Shown: positions 28,498 to 38,131 of the stretch, in pieces
How the letters are laid out: every line of letters begins with the position of its first letter
How positions within the stretch are numbered: the first letter of the stretch is position 1
NCBI GenBank assembly: GCA_050246815.1
Contig: JBFWVI010000005.1
Location: forward strand, 41,292 to 105,291
DNA from: Bdellovibrionales bacterium
Lineage (GTDB): Bacteria; Bdellovibrionota; Bdellovibrionia; Bdellovibrionales; UBA1609
DNA: 64,000 nt
Direction of reading: 5' to 3'
Made by a program: the position numbers and the translations under genes
Notes under the pieces: model-generated
Told to the model about the DNA's origin: nothing
The model's input: the letters and a program-made list of their open reading frames with translations, nothing else
Databases searched by the model: none

Positions 28498-28705
28498 AAT
28501 TTCCAACCAAAATTTATCGAATCCAAAAGAAAAAGTTATACAGGTCATAACAGATTTTGTGTAAGCGAAATTAAGCGACGCTCAAGCTAGACCTTCGCCC
28601 AGTTTATAAAACCACTCGACCTTTTGCTGGTTTCAAATCGGAACCAAAATATCATCGCAGATGTCCATGAATAGGACTTTTTAAAAAACCCAATGGAGGG
28701 GATAT

Positions 28706-30139
28706 ATGAAGCAAGCATTACTTGCGGCTTTGTTTTTTTGCGCAGTCGCAGCTACCGCCAACGAACGCGGCGATTACCTGGTGCAAATGGCGCCAAGCAC
28801 TCAAAGTGAAATCAAATTAATGGCCTTAGCGCCAGCGGGCTCGAAGATTGAATCTTTGGGCGTGAACAACTGGTATCGTGTGCGATTGCCTGCCGATCAA
28901 GCCAGTGCGTTCCGTGCTCAAGGGCTGATGCAGAACAAAGCGGTCAACGCCGTACAAAGCAACTTTGTCATTCGCCCCTTTGAAAGCTCGTCGTTAAATG
29001 AGGCACGTGCTCAATTCAAAGCGCTGGGCCTTGATAAAAATTCGGTGGGCATCCAAGCCGCCAGCCCCGACAATCCCTCGATCCCGTCCAACGGCAGTGG
29101 TGGCAACGGCGCGGACCCCTTGTTCAACAATCAATGGGGCATGCGACAAGCCAATGTGAAAAACGCCTGGGAAAAAGGCACCGGCTCGCCAGAGATGATC
29201 GTGGCCGTGATCGACACTGGTGTCGACTACACTCACGAAGATCTGGTCGACAATATGTGGCGCAACACCAATGAAATCCCTGGCAACAACGTCGACGACG
29301 ACAAAAATGGTTATGTTGACGACATTGTCGGCTGGGACTTTGCTGACAACGACAACAAACCCTATGACAAATACGGTGGCTTCACCGACATCTTGAACGG
29401 TAAAAACCCCGGCCACGGCACACACTGCGCTGGCAACGTGGCGGCCCGAGGCAGCAACGGCAAAGGCATTTCGGGTGTTGCCCCCAATGTCCGCATCATG
29501 GGCCTGCGCTTTATCACTTATGAAGGCAGCGGCACCACGGCCGACGCCATCAAAGCCATCAAATACGCCGTCGACAATGGCGCCAAAGTTCTTTCGAACT
29601 CTTGGGGCTCAGAGGGCGAAGACCCCAATGACCCGGATAGCGGCGCGCTGAAAGACGCCATTCGCTACGCCGAAGGCAAAGGCGCCTTGTTTGTTGCGGC
29701 GGCCGGCAACGGTCATCAAGGACGAGGCTACAACAATGACACCGACAGCCGCCCTGCTTATCCCGCAAGCTATGACATGGAAAGCATCATCAGCGTTGCA
29801 GCCATCAATTCAAGCGGCAGCTTTGGCAGCTTTTCGAACTGGGGCGTGAGATCCGTTGATATAGGCGCACCGGGCGTAAAAGTTTTCTCAACGGTCCCGG
29901 CCGCGCGCTATCAAGATTCGATCGGCAATTTTTTGGGTCAAGAACTGAACTGGGATGGAACCTCGATGGCAGCGCCCCACGTCGCCGGCGCGGTGGCCCT
30001 GTACTGGTCGGCTCATCCCGAAAAAACCTGGCAGCAAGTTAAATCGGCTTTGCTGGCCAGCGTGAAAAAGACCTCGCAAATGAGTGGCAAGGTCTCTTCG
30101 GGCGGCCAATTGGACGTCCAAGCTTTGATGAATCAATAG
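28706..30139 (+). CDS. Secreted subtilisin-like serine protease (S8)
   Basis: Catalytic triad VIDTG, HGTH and GTSMAAPHV; signal peptide and prodomain. Confidence 0.96.
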   Translation: MKQALLAALFFCAVAATANERGDYLVQMAPSTQSEIKLMALAPAGSKIESLGVNNWYRVRLPADQASAFRAQGLMQNKAVNAVQSNFVIRPFESSSLNEARAQFKALGLDKNSVGIQAASPDNPSIPSNGSGGNGADPLFNNQWGMRQANVKNAWEKGTGSPEMIVAVIDTGVDYTHEDLVDNMWRNTNEIPGNNVDDDKNGYVDDIVGWDFADNDNKPYDKYGGFTDILNGKNPGHGTHCAGNVAARGSNGKGISGVAPNVRIMGLRFITYEGSGTTADAIKAIKYAVDNGAKVLSNSWGSEGEDPNDPDSGALKDAIRYAEGKGALFVAAAGNGHQGRGYNNDTDSRPAYPASYDMESIISVAAINSSGSFGSFSNWGVRSVDIGAPGVKVFSTVPAARYQDSIGNFLGQELNWDGTSMAAPHVAGAVALYWSAHPEKTWQQVKSALLASVKKTSQMSGKVSSGGQLDVQALMNQ

Positions 30140-30167
30140 TTTTTTCAAGAACTCTCTCGATCCACCT

Positions 30168-30194
30168 AAAGGCCGGGGTAACCCGGCCTTTTTT
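30168..30194 (+). terminator. Intrinsic terminator
   Basis: AAAGGCCGGG-GTAA-CCCGGCCTTTTTT. Confidence 0.85.
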
Positions 30195-30268
30195 GTAGCT
30201 GCTTCTTTTTACGGATGCAATGCGCCACAACTGCAGCGCATTGCATCCGTAAAAAGAAGCAGCTACAA
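30193..30268. repeat. Long perfect inverted repeat (REPIN-like copy A)
   Basis: 33-bp perfect arms, 10-nt loop, GTAG...CTAC core. Confidence 0.9.
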
Positions 30269-30275
30269 CTACTCC

Positions 30276-32048
30276 GTGATTCAATCTGGTCTATCCGATC
30301 CTTCTTCGGATCCGGTCTTAAAAAATCCCTACCGTGCCTACACCCGCAAACACTGGCGACCGTTTGCGCTGGGGTTGTTTTCTCTGCTCGGTACCAACTC
30401 ACTTGATGCCATTGCCCCGCTCTTGATCGGCATGGCGATTGATCAGATCATTGGGCAAAAGCCTTTTGCCGATGTGGCGCGAATGGTGTTCATCATTTTT
30501 GCGGTCACGGCGGCGCTGGCGCTGTTTCGTTTTATGTGGCGCTACTTCTGGGGACAATTTCATCACACCGTGGCCGAGGATTTGCGCAATCGGCTGTTCG
30601 CTAAATTCACGGATCTGGGCCCGGCCTATTTTGCACGGCAAACCACCGGTGGATTGATGAGTTTGATCAACAACGACGTGAACTCTTTTCGCATGGCGAT
30701 CGGCCCTGGCATGTTGGTGCTATTCGACTCGATTTTTTTGCTTTTGATCGTGCCTGTTTTGATGTGGCGGATTTCGCCAGATTGGACCTGGCGCTGTATG
30801 ATCCTGATGCCCTTTGTGCCTTTTGTTGTGCGCGCCATCTTAAATCGTACAGAAAAAGCCTACACCTCCCAGCAGGCGCGCTTCAGCGAAATGGCCGGGG
30901 CCGCGCAAGAAATCGTTGCTGGCATTCGCGTGATCAAAAGTTATGCGCAAGAAAATAATCAAACCCGACTGTTCAATACACATAGCCGTCGCTACATGGA
31001 CGCCTGCAATCAAGTGGCCAAAGTGGATGCCTCCTTTGGACCGGCACTTGAAATCGCCGCTGCCTTTGGCAGCGTGATTTTGCTTTTGATTGCGAGCGGG
31101 CCGGTGATGGCGGGCGCAGTGACGCTGGGGCAATTGTTTGCATTTTACCAATATATCCAAAAAATGGTATGGCCCCTGGAAGGTATTGGCATCGCCTTTT
31201 CGCACTTTCAAGTGGGCCGTGCGGCCTTCACACGCATTCGCGAAATGCTGTTGCAGCCCGTGGACACTCCTGATGTCGGGCAAGCTGAACCGCGTGATGT
31301 GAATTTACTTGAAGTGAAGAACCTGACCTTCACTTACCCCGGCGAATCACGCCCCGCTTTGCGGGATGTCTCTTTTTCTTTAAAAAAGGGGCAAGTGCTA
31401 GGTGTGGTTGGGGCTACCGGCGCGGGCAAAACCACTTTGGCCGAGGTGCTTTGCCATCTTTACCCAGTGCCAAGCGAAAAAATTTTTATCAACCAATTGC
31501 CCCTGGAACACATTCGCAAAAAATCTTTGCGCCACTTGATCACCATGGTTCCGCAAGAGACCTTTGTGTTTAGTCGAGAACTGGGTGCCAATATTTTGTT
31601 TGGCTGCCCACAAGATCAAGCCCGTAGTGTGAAAGAAGCCGCGGCCTTGGTGAAACTGGATCAAGAGATTGAGTCTTGGCCCGAGGGGTACGACACCTTG
31701 ATTGGGGAACGTGGCGTGAATCTTTCAGGAGGGCAACGCCAGCGTGTCACTTTGGCCCGCGCCCTGATTCGCACCGCCCCCTTAGTGATCATCGATGACG
31801 CCTTAAGCGCGGTCGATGCAAAAACGGGCGCCATGATTCTGCAAAATCTGCGGCATCGTCTGCGCGAGGGGGCCCAGTGCGCAGCCATGATCATTTCACA
31901 CCGCTTGGCCAACGTCTCTTGGGCCGACCAAATTTTGGTTTTGAATCAGGGCAAAGTTGAGGCCTTTGGTCGCCATGACGAGCTTTTGCAAACCTCCCCG
32001 ACATACCGACACTTGAACGATCTGCAAACCGCGGGGGACCAAGCATGA
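30276..32048 (+). CDS. ABC exporter half-transporter (MdlA/TmrB-like, degenerate Walker B)
   Basis: TMD and NBD; GATGAGKT, LSGGQ, IIDDA (Asp replaces the catalytic Glu). Confidence 0.92.
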   Translation: MIQSGLSDPSSDPVLKNPYRAYTRKHWRPFALGLFSLLGTNSLDAIAPLLIGMAIDQIIGQKPFADVARMVFIIFAVTAALALFRFMWRYFWGQFHHTVAEDLRNRLFAKFTDLGPAYFARQTTGGLMSLINNDVNSFRMAIGPGMLVLFDSIFLLLIVPVLMWRISPDWTWRCMILMPFVPFVVRAILNRTEKAYTSQQARFSEMAGAAQEIVAGIRVIKSYAQENNQTRLFNTHSRRYMDACNQVAKVDASFGPALEIAAAFGSVILLLIASGPVMAGAVTLGQLFAFYQYIQKMVWPLEGIGIAFSHFQVGRAAFTRIREMLLQPVDTPDVGQAEPRDVNLLEVKNLTFTYPGESRPALRDVSFSLKKGQVLGVVGATGAGKTTLAEVLCHLYPVPSEKIFINQLPLEHIRKKSLRHLITMVPQETFVFSRELGANILFGCPQDQARSVKEAAALVKLDQEIESWPEGYDTLIGERGVNLSGGQRQRVTLARALIRTAPLVIIDDALSAVDAKTGAMILQNLRHRLREGAQCAAMIISHRLANVSWADQILVLNQGKVEAFGRHDELLQTSPTYRHLNDLQTAGDQA

Positions 32049-33856
32049 AGCGCGGTTTTATGATCGAAGACAATGTGGCTCATGAGCTGACTTTTCGCCA
32101 CTTGTTCGCGAAGTTATGGCCATTCTTAAAGCCCTACCCCGGCCGCATCATCATGGTTTTACTTTTGGTGGTCAGTTACACTCTGGTAGGCCGCGCACTG
32201 CCTCTTCTTTTTGGTTATGCGGTTGACCACGGAATTAAAAGCGGCGATTGGCAGGTGATCTGGGCCGTGGCGGTGATCTTTTTCGTCTGTGAAGTGGCGC
32301 GCGCCACTTTGGCCTTTGCGCAGAGCTGGTCGATTCAAAAAGTCGGCAACCTGGTACTCTATGACATTCGACAAAAACTACTCAGCCACGTGCAAAGCCT
32401 GTCGGCCACCTTCTTCGATAAAACCTCCTCGGGAAGAGTGATGACCCGGGTGACCAACGATGTACATAGTTTGGGCGAACTGTTCAGCCAGGGCTTCACC
32501 ACCATTTTTATCAACTTGGTCGAAATAGTTTCGATCGTTTTGGCCTTAACGGCGGTGTCGGCCCCCTTAACCGCGGTGGTGGTGCTGATGCTGCCGCCTT
32601 TGATTTGGGCTTGTGCGCGCTTAAGCCGGGTGATTCGCATTCGTTTTGGCGCGGCCAAACGCCGACTGGCCATGATCAACGCATTCACCGCCGAATCCAT
32701 CGGCGGCATGAAGGTCTTGCAGCTGTTTAACCAAACTCACGAATCTCGTGCCCATTTTGATCGTCTGTCGGGCGAATACAAAGATCTGCAGCTGCAAACC
32801 GTGCGTTTGTTTGCCACCCTTTGGCCGGTGGTGGAAGCCTTCAATGTGGGAACCGTGGCGTCGACTCTTTTGGTTGGCGGATTCTTTCGTGAGCAGTTGG
32901 CTTTGTCGCCTGGGCAATTGGCGGCATATGTCTTACTGGTGCAAAGTTTTTTTAGGCCGCTAAGAGGTATCCTTGAAAAATATAACCAGTTGCAAAACAG
33001 CCTGGCCAGCGCGGACCGGGTCTTTCAAATGTTTGAAGTCGAGCCCGAAGAGCAAAATGGTCGACCTTTGCACGAGCGCCTTAGGGGTGGTGTGCACTTT
33101 AAAGGCGTGACCTTTCATTACGTCGGTAAGCCCCAACCCGCCGTTCGCGATATAGAACTTAAAATCAATCCCGGCGAATCCGTGGCTCTAGTGGGTCGCA
33201 CCGGCAGCGGCAAAACCACTTTGATTTCACTGGTGCAAAGACTCTACTCCCCTTCATCCGGCGAAATTTTACTGGATGGCATGAACCTGAAAGATCTTAG
33301 GGCCCGTGACCTTCGTCGACGCATCGGCGTCGTTCAACAAGACAATTTTATGTTCCGCGGCAGCATAGCCGACAACATTTCGCTGATGAATCCCGAATTC
33401 ACCCGTGCGCAAATTCAAAAAGCCGCCGAAAACGCCCATTGCCAACGCTTGCTTGACGCCCACAACGGCGGCCTGGATTCCCAGGTGGAAGAACGCGGCG
33501 CTAATTTAAGCGTGGGCGAACGGCAGCTGATCGCCTTTGCGCGCGTGCTGGCCTTTGATCCAGATATTTTGATTTTAGACGAAGCCACAGCCAACATCGA
33601 TTCGGTGCATGAACGACTGATTCAAGAGGCCACCGCCCAAGTGATGAAAGGCCGGACCAGTTTGATCGTGGCGCATCGCCTGTCGACAGTTTTGCACTGC
33701 GACCGCATTGTGCTATTGCATCAGGGTGAAATTTTGGAACAAGGTTCTCACATTGAACTGATGAACCTTAAGGGCCGCTACTACGAGCTGTACACATCCC
33801 AGCAACTGGGCGAAGAAATCGCAGCCCCTCGCCCGGCAGAGCCCATCTTAAATTGA
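32045..33856 (+). CDS. ABC exporter half-transporter (MdlB/TmrA-like)
   Basis: GRTGSGKT, LSVGE, ILDEA; ATGA overlap with its partner. Confidence 0.92.
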   Translation: MKRGFMIEDNVAHELTFRHLFAKLWPFLKPYPGRIIMVLLLVVSYTLVGRALPLLFGYAVDHGIKSGDWQVIWAVAVIFFVCEVARATLAFAQSWSIQKVGNLVLYDIRQKLLSHVQSLSATFFDKTSSGRVMTRVTNDVHSLGELFSQGFTTIFINLVEIVSIVLALTAVSAPLTAVVVLMLPPLIWACARLSRVIRIRFGAAKRRLAMINAFTAESIGGMKVLQLFNQTHESRAHFDRLSGEYKDLQLQTVRLFATLWPVVEAFNVGTVASTLLVGGFFREQLALSPGQLAAYVLLVQSFFRPLRGILEKYNQLQNSLASADRVFQMFEVEPEEQNGRPLHERLRGGVHFKGVTFHYVGKPQPAVRDIELKINPGESVALVGRTGSGKTTLISLVQRLYSPSSGEILLDGMNLKDLRARDLRRRIGVVQQDNFMFRGSIADNISLMNPEFTRAQIQKAAENAHCQRLLDAHNGGLDSQVEERGANLSVGERQLIAFARVLAFDPDILILDEATANIDSVHERLIQEATAQVMKGRTSLIVAHRLSTVLHCDRIVLLHQGEILEQGSHIELMNLKGRYYELYTSQQLGEEIAAPRPAEPILN

Positions 33857-33914
33857 GAAATAAGTAAAACCCGTCCAAATGACGGCTTAACCTCGAACAT
33901 TGACGCAGAGCTAA

Positions 33915-33941
33915 ACCAAAAGGTGCCAGGCACCTTTTGGT
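33915..33941. repeat. REP-like perfect palindrome
   Basis: ACCAAAAGGTGCC-A-GGCACCTTTTGGT between convergent genes. Confidence 0.75.
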
Positions 33942-33943
33942 GG

Positions 33944-34618
33944 TTAGTCTTGTAGGCGTTTGAATTTGGTTTCGGTCTGTTCGGCGACCTGGGCTTGTTT
34001 GTGCCACTTTAGAGCTTCAGAGCGGTAGCCCTTCTTCTTTTCGATCCACTTTTCGCGCTCGGCGAGGACTTCTTTTTCTTTTAAGTCCAGCTCACGGCTC
34101 AGCTCGCCGGCGGCCTGGCGCTGCGAATCCCACTCGGCTTTTTCTTTTTCTAGCTCTTGGATCTTGGTGTCATAGGCCGTCAAATTCATTTCGCGTTGGC
34201 GCTTATTGGCTTCCAGCTTTTCCAGTACGGCGCGCACTTCAGCAATTTGGGCCTCTTCTTTTTTCATCTTCTCGAGCTCGGTTACTTTATGGCCGGCCAG
34301 CTTCTGCTTCATTTTTTCGATGGAGGCTTTATTCTTCTCGATGTTGGTTTGGTTGGCGGCCAGTTGCTTGCGCTGATCGCGCAGCTCTTTAATCGCCTTG
34401 GTCGTTTCAACGACGTTGTTGCTCGAGATCTCCATATTGTTCTTGTACTGTTCGTAGTTGTTTTTGCTGTTTTCAGTATTTTCTTTCAACTGCTCCATGC
34501 TCGCCTTCACATCGGTTCGAGCTTCAGCAATAGCTGCTGAACAAAGCGCGATTACAGCCACCAAACGTGTCATGCCCATCATACGGGTCCCCTTGTTTAT
34601 TGCTTTGGCGTTTTTCAT
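33944..34618 (-). CDS. Exported coiled-coil protein, last gene of the glt-like operon
   Basis: Signal-like 'LVAVIALCSAAIAEA' and heptad-rich body; 4-nt overlap with the upstream gene. Confidence 0.8.
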   Translation of the reverse strand: MKNAKAINKGTRMMGMTRLVAVIALCSAAIAEARTDVKASMEQLKENTENSKNNYEQYKNNMEISSNNVVETTKAIKELRDQRKQLAANQTNIEKNKASIEKMKQKLAGHKVTELEKMKKEEAQIAEVRAVLEKLEANKRQREMNLTAYDTKIQELEKEKAEWDSQRQAAGELSRELDLKEKEVLAEREKWIEKKKGYRSEALKWHKQAQVAEQTETKFKRLQD

Positions 34619-37263
34619 TTGCCTGCTCCCTTCTCGATTGCTGCCTGCCCTTTGGCATCTTCTGCTGACGCAGGAGCGCGGCTTCCATCATCTTGTTTAT
34701 CTTTGAAAAACTCTTCCATTTTTCCGACTTGCGGGCAGTTGTTACGCAAAGAAGAGCGATAGCTGCCGATTTCATCTTCCCAATACTCGCCGTCAAAGCT
34801 CCAATTTTGCAGTTTTTCTGGTTTCACCGAAGCCGGTACACGGTTGGCATCGGCGACCTTGCCACCGGCCACCTGATAACGGATATTTTCACCGCTTCCC
34901 GCAAAAACTTCATAGCGCAGGAACTCATTGTTCTCGAGGACTGTGCCCATTTCAATTTTAACCCGCTTCAGAGTTTCCACAAGATCTCGCCCGGCGGTTT
35001 CGCGCAGGTTGTAGCGTTCACGTTCGATCTTGGCCATGATGCGTGGCTGCAGCTTCAAGTAGGACTTGCGACTATTTTCCAACATCTCGGCCTGATAGCG
35101 CAAGCCGATCACGACTTCGCGCTCGAGCTTCATTTGGCGGCGCCATTCATCCATTTGCGGCACGGTTACTTTTTCTTTTTCAGCCTTCGCGAGTTTCGTT
35201 TTCAAGTCTTTGAAGCGAGCTGTGGCTTTATTTTCGCGTGCTTTCAACGCCGCCTTTTCTTGGGTGATCAACTTGTCGATACCTTCATAGCGCCCCACTT
35301 CTTCAGCTTTGGCATTTAACGAGGTCTGTGCATTCAAAAATTCTTTTTGGCGGGCCATCTCACGAATGATCTGATAGGGCAATCCATCCATGTCATCCGA
35401 GCTCTTGCCTTTTAAGTAACGAATCGTCGTGTCGTAATACTCACTAGCCAGTTTTCTTTTGCCAATGTATTGATTCACCCCTTCGACCCACGGCCGGTAT
35501 TCGCGCTCAAGCCAAGACAATGTTCGGTAAGCATCGCCATATTGGCAGATATTCAAATAGCCGATCGTGCGCACCACGAAGGACTCAGGTTTATAAACTG
35601 AGCGGAAATAAGGAGAATGCAAGCTGTACATATTGCCGATCGCGCCTGAAAAATCATCCTGCGCCAACTGCGTCCAGCCTTGTTCGATCAGACCTTGCAC
35701 CCACAGGGGATGATCCTTGTCGATCGCCATGTAAAGTGGCAAAGCCTCTTTGAAACGACCCTGAGTGAACTTGATGCGGGCCAAGTTAATTGCGGTCAAA
35801 GAGTTCAAGTTTTTGTCGTTGATCTTTTTTGTGGCCATCCAATTGCGCAAAGACTCCAGTTTACCGGCGCCCTTATTGGCATTGCCCAAACTAAACCACG
35901 CCACGCCGATTAAATACTGTGAGTTACCGTAACGGGGCGAGCTTTCGGGGACTTTCTCGGCGTAACTACGCCCTGTCTGATGATCCCCTTCTTTCACTGC
36001 GCCCTTGGCGGTCAAATAGTTGACTTCGTCAGTCGACTCTTTGGGAATCAATTTTTGGTTTTTTAGATTGCGGATCAATTTCGAAAACGCAATTTCATAC
36101 TCCATCGGCAAATCTTTGGCCAAAGTCTTGATGGCGTCGCTTGCGAATTCACGATCTTCATTCATGATTAAGGCCGAAAGTCGCTCAAAACCAAGCGAGG
36201 TCATTTTCATGCGATAGGCACATTGCCCCAAATGGAAGTTCGACTCGTTGGCCAACTTTTCATTCTTCGACAATTCATCAAAAAGTCCTAACAAGATGTG
36301 GCAGCGATCCCCTTTGTTATAAAGAATCAAGGCTGTCAGCATTTTCAACTGCGGTTCGCTCAATTCGCGCACTATTTTCTCACTGACTTTGGCCAACTGA
36401 GCGATCTTGGGCATGGCTTTGGCAATGGCCTCTTTGGTGACAATCTTGTCGATGCCAAATAGGCCCTTATCCAAATCTTTTGCCGGAGCAACCGTGCCAA
36501 TCAATTTACCGGTTAAAGCCTGCACAATTGTCGCATGCATTAATTCAGGGCTAGGCAACGATTTGAACTCTTGCACTTCCACCAGTTTGGGCTGGTAATT
36601 TTTGCCGATATAATCGGATTTAGACAAAATGGGCTCTTCACCGATGTCCAAGCGCGGGATATTCTTCATCGGGCTCATGACAATTTTGGTTTTGCCGCCT
36701 GGCAATTTCACGGTTTGTTTCACTTCCATCGGGAAAAGCGGTACGCCAGATTTCGAAAGCTTCAGATTACCCTGGGCTTTTCGACCGGGTTTCGCCACGA
36801 CGGCAGCGCCCTCTTTTTTCAACTGACGACGGGCTTCACGCATATCCGCCGCACGCACCTCTTGCTGTAGTCCTGGTGTGGCGAAGGTTTCGGTCAGTGC
36901 CTGCACTTGTTTTTGTCGCTCAACTTCAGCCGGGGTTATGCCCTTGGCGTTTTTTGCAGGCGTGGTTTTAGATTCGGGTTTGGCGGTGGCGGTTGGTTTT
37001 TGGCCGGTCAAGGTTTCAACGCCTTTTTTCCACCACGACTTCACTGCATTGACTGAAGTTCCGACCGTGTTAGTGACGGTTTCGGAAACCTTGGCCGTGG
37101 CCTTCTGTAAGATATTGTCTGAAGAGGCGCCCTTCGTGCGATTCACAAGAGCCGGGTCCACCTGTGAATTCTCGACGATTTCATTCGGATCGCTCATACC
37201 GGCATAGCCCGGCACGGCCACCAGAAGAATCAATATGACAATCAAAATTCTTAGGGCCCTCAT
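34615..37263 (-). CDS. GltC-like periplasmic TPR gliding-motility protein
   Basis: Signal peptide, TPRs, 'AIGNMYSLHSPYF...PES' and C-terminal 'WSFDGEYWEDEIGSYR...C'; AGGAG SD before ATG 37263. Confidence 0.75.
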   Translation of the reverse strand: MRALRILIVILILLVAVPGYAGMSDPNEIVENSQVDPALVNRTKGASSDNILQKATAKVSETVTNTVGTSVNAVKSWWKKGVETLTGQKPTATAKPESKTTPAKNAKGITPAEVERQKQVQALTETFATPGLQQEVRAADMREARRQLKKEGAAVVAKPGRKAQGNLKLSKSGVPLFPMEVKQTVKLPGGKTKIVMSPMKNIPRLDIGEEPILSKSDYIGKNYQPKLVEVQEFKSLPSPELMHATIVQALTGKLIGTVAPAKDLDKGLFGIDKIVTKEAIAKAMPKIAQLAKVSEKIVRELSEPQLKMLTALILYNKGDRCHILLGLFDELSKNEKLANESNFHLGQCAYRMKMTSLGFERLSALIMNEDREFASDAIKTLAKDLPMEYEIAFSKLIRNLKNQKLIPKESTDEVNYLTAKGAVKEGDHQTGRSYAEKVPESSPRYGNSQYLIGVAWFSLGNANKGAGKLESLRNWMATKKINDKNLNSLTAINLARIKFTQGRFKEALPLYMAIDKDHPLWVQGLIEQGWTQLAQDDFSGAIGNMYSLHSPYFRSVYKPESFVVRTIGYLNICQYGDAYRTLSWLEREYRPWVEGVNQYIGKRKLASEYYDTTIRYLKGKSSDDMDGLPYQIIREMARQKEFLNAQTSLNAKAEEVGRYEGIDKLITQEKAALKARENKATARFKDLKTKLAKAEKEKVTVPQMDEWRRQMKLEREVVIGLRYQAEMLENSRKSYLKLQPRIMAKIERERYNLRETAGRDLVETLKRVKIEMGTVLENNEFLRYEVFAGSGENIRYQVAGGKVADANRVPASVKPEKLQNWSFDGEYWEDEIGSYRSSLRNNCPQVGKMEEFFKDKQDDGSRAPASAEDAKGQAAIEKGAGK

Positions 37264-37273
37264 CACATTCTCC

Positions 37274-38071
37274 TTAAAAGAATACGGCGCCGCCAATGAT
37301 CAGCATGGTGTTGTCCGAGTTTTTGTCTTTCACCTTATCGCCCGTGCCCACACCACCCGGCCCGCGGTAACGCAAAATTTCTTCCTTGTAGAAACGATGT
37401 TTTAAATCCAAGCGAACCGCAAAGTTCGAGTGAATGAAGAACAGCTGGGTCACGTCAAAACCGTAAGTCAATGCCGACTTGTCGAAGTTGCCACGGTCAA
37501 AAGTTTGCGCCTCATAATTCATCATCCCGATCGTTGGGGTGAAGGCCATATCGAAGTAGATGATTTTTTTTCCGACCACGCTCATTTTAGCGTAGAAAGG
37601 AACCCAGTTCAGGCCAATGTCGTAATAACCTGTGACACGACCATAGTTAGGGCCACCGCCGGCATCAATGAAGGCTTGGGTGGCGTCCGAGTTGCCCAAC
37701 TTCAACATCGTGTAGTTCAACTGCAGCCCCCAGCGTTCGTTGAAGTAGTAATTCACTCCTAGCGAAGCGCCATTGCCATCATTCAAAGTTTCATTGATCA
37801 CCGGACCAAACTGAGCCGAAACCGCGAAACGCTTTTCTTTTGTGTAAGTGCGGTTTTGCACAACGTTGAAATCGGTGTCTTTGGGGGCCCAATATTTATT
37901 CTCAATGTCCGAAATATCAACTTGCCCCTCTTTGGCTTTTTCTGCGGGCACGGGGGCTGCAGCCGGCTTGGCTTTGCTTTGGGCAAAGGCCGACACAGGC
38001 AGTGTGAAACTGCCTGCCAAAAGCAAAGATGTGACGATGTTGCCGAACGATGCTGTATTCTGTGCGCGCAT
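37274..38071 (-). CDS. Outer-membrane beta-barrel protein (GltA/B/H-like)
   Basis: 'VVQNRTYTK..RF', 'WVPFYAK', C-terminal Phe. Confidence 0.8.
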   Translation of the reverse strand: MRAQNTASFGNIVTSLLLAGSFTLPVSAFAQSKAKPAAAPVPAEKAKEGQVDISDIENKYWAPKDTDFNVVQNRTYTKEKRFAVSAQFGPVINETLNDGNGASLGVNYYFNERWGLQLNYTMLKLGNSDATQAFIDAGGGPNYGRVTGYYDIGLNWVPFYAKMSVVGKKIIYFDMAFTPTIGMMNYEAQTFDRGNFDKSALTYGFDVTQLFFIHSNFAVRLDLKHRFYKEEILRYRGPGGVGTGDKVKDKNSDNTMLIIGGAVFF

Positions 38072-38131
38072 ATGCGCCCTCCTTCATGCTGTGCGGCCCC
38101 TATCCAAATTTAAACAAAAGTCCGAGCTTTA

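Noticed and set aside
30276..33856. Degenerate ABC motifs read as pseudogenisation
   Set aside because: One degenerate and one consensus site is normal for heterodimeric exporters
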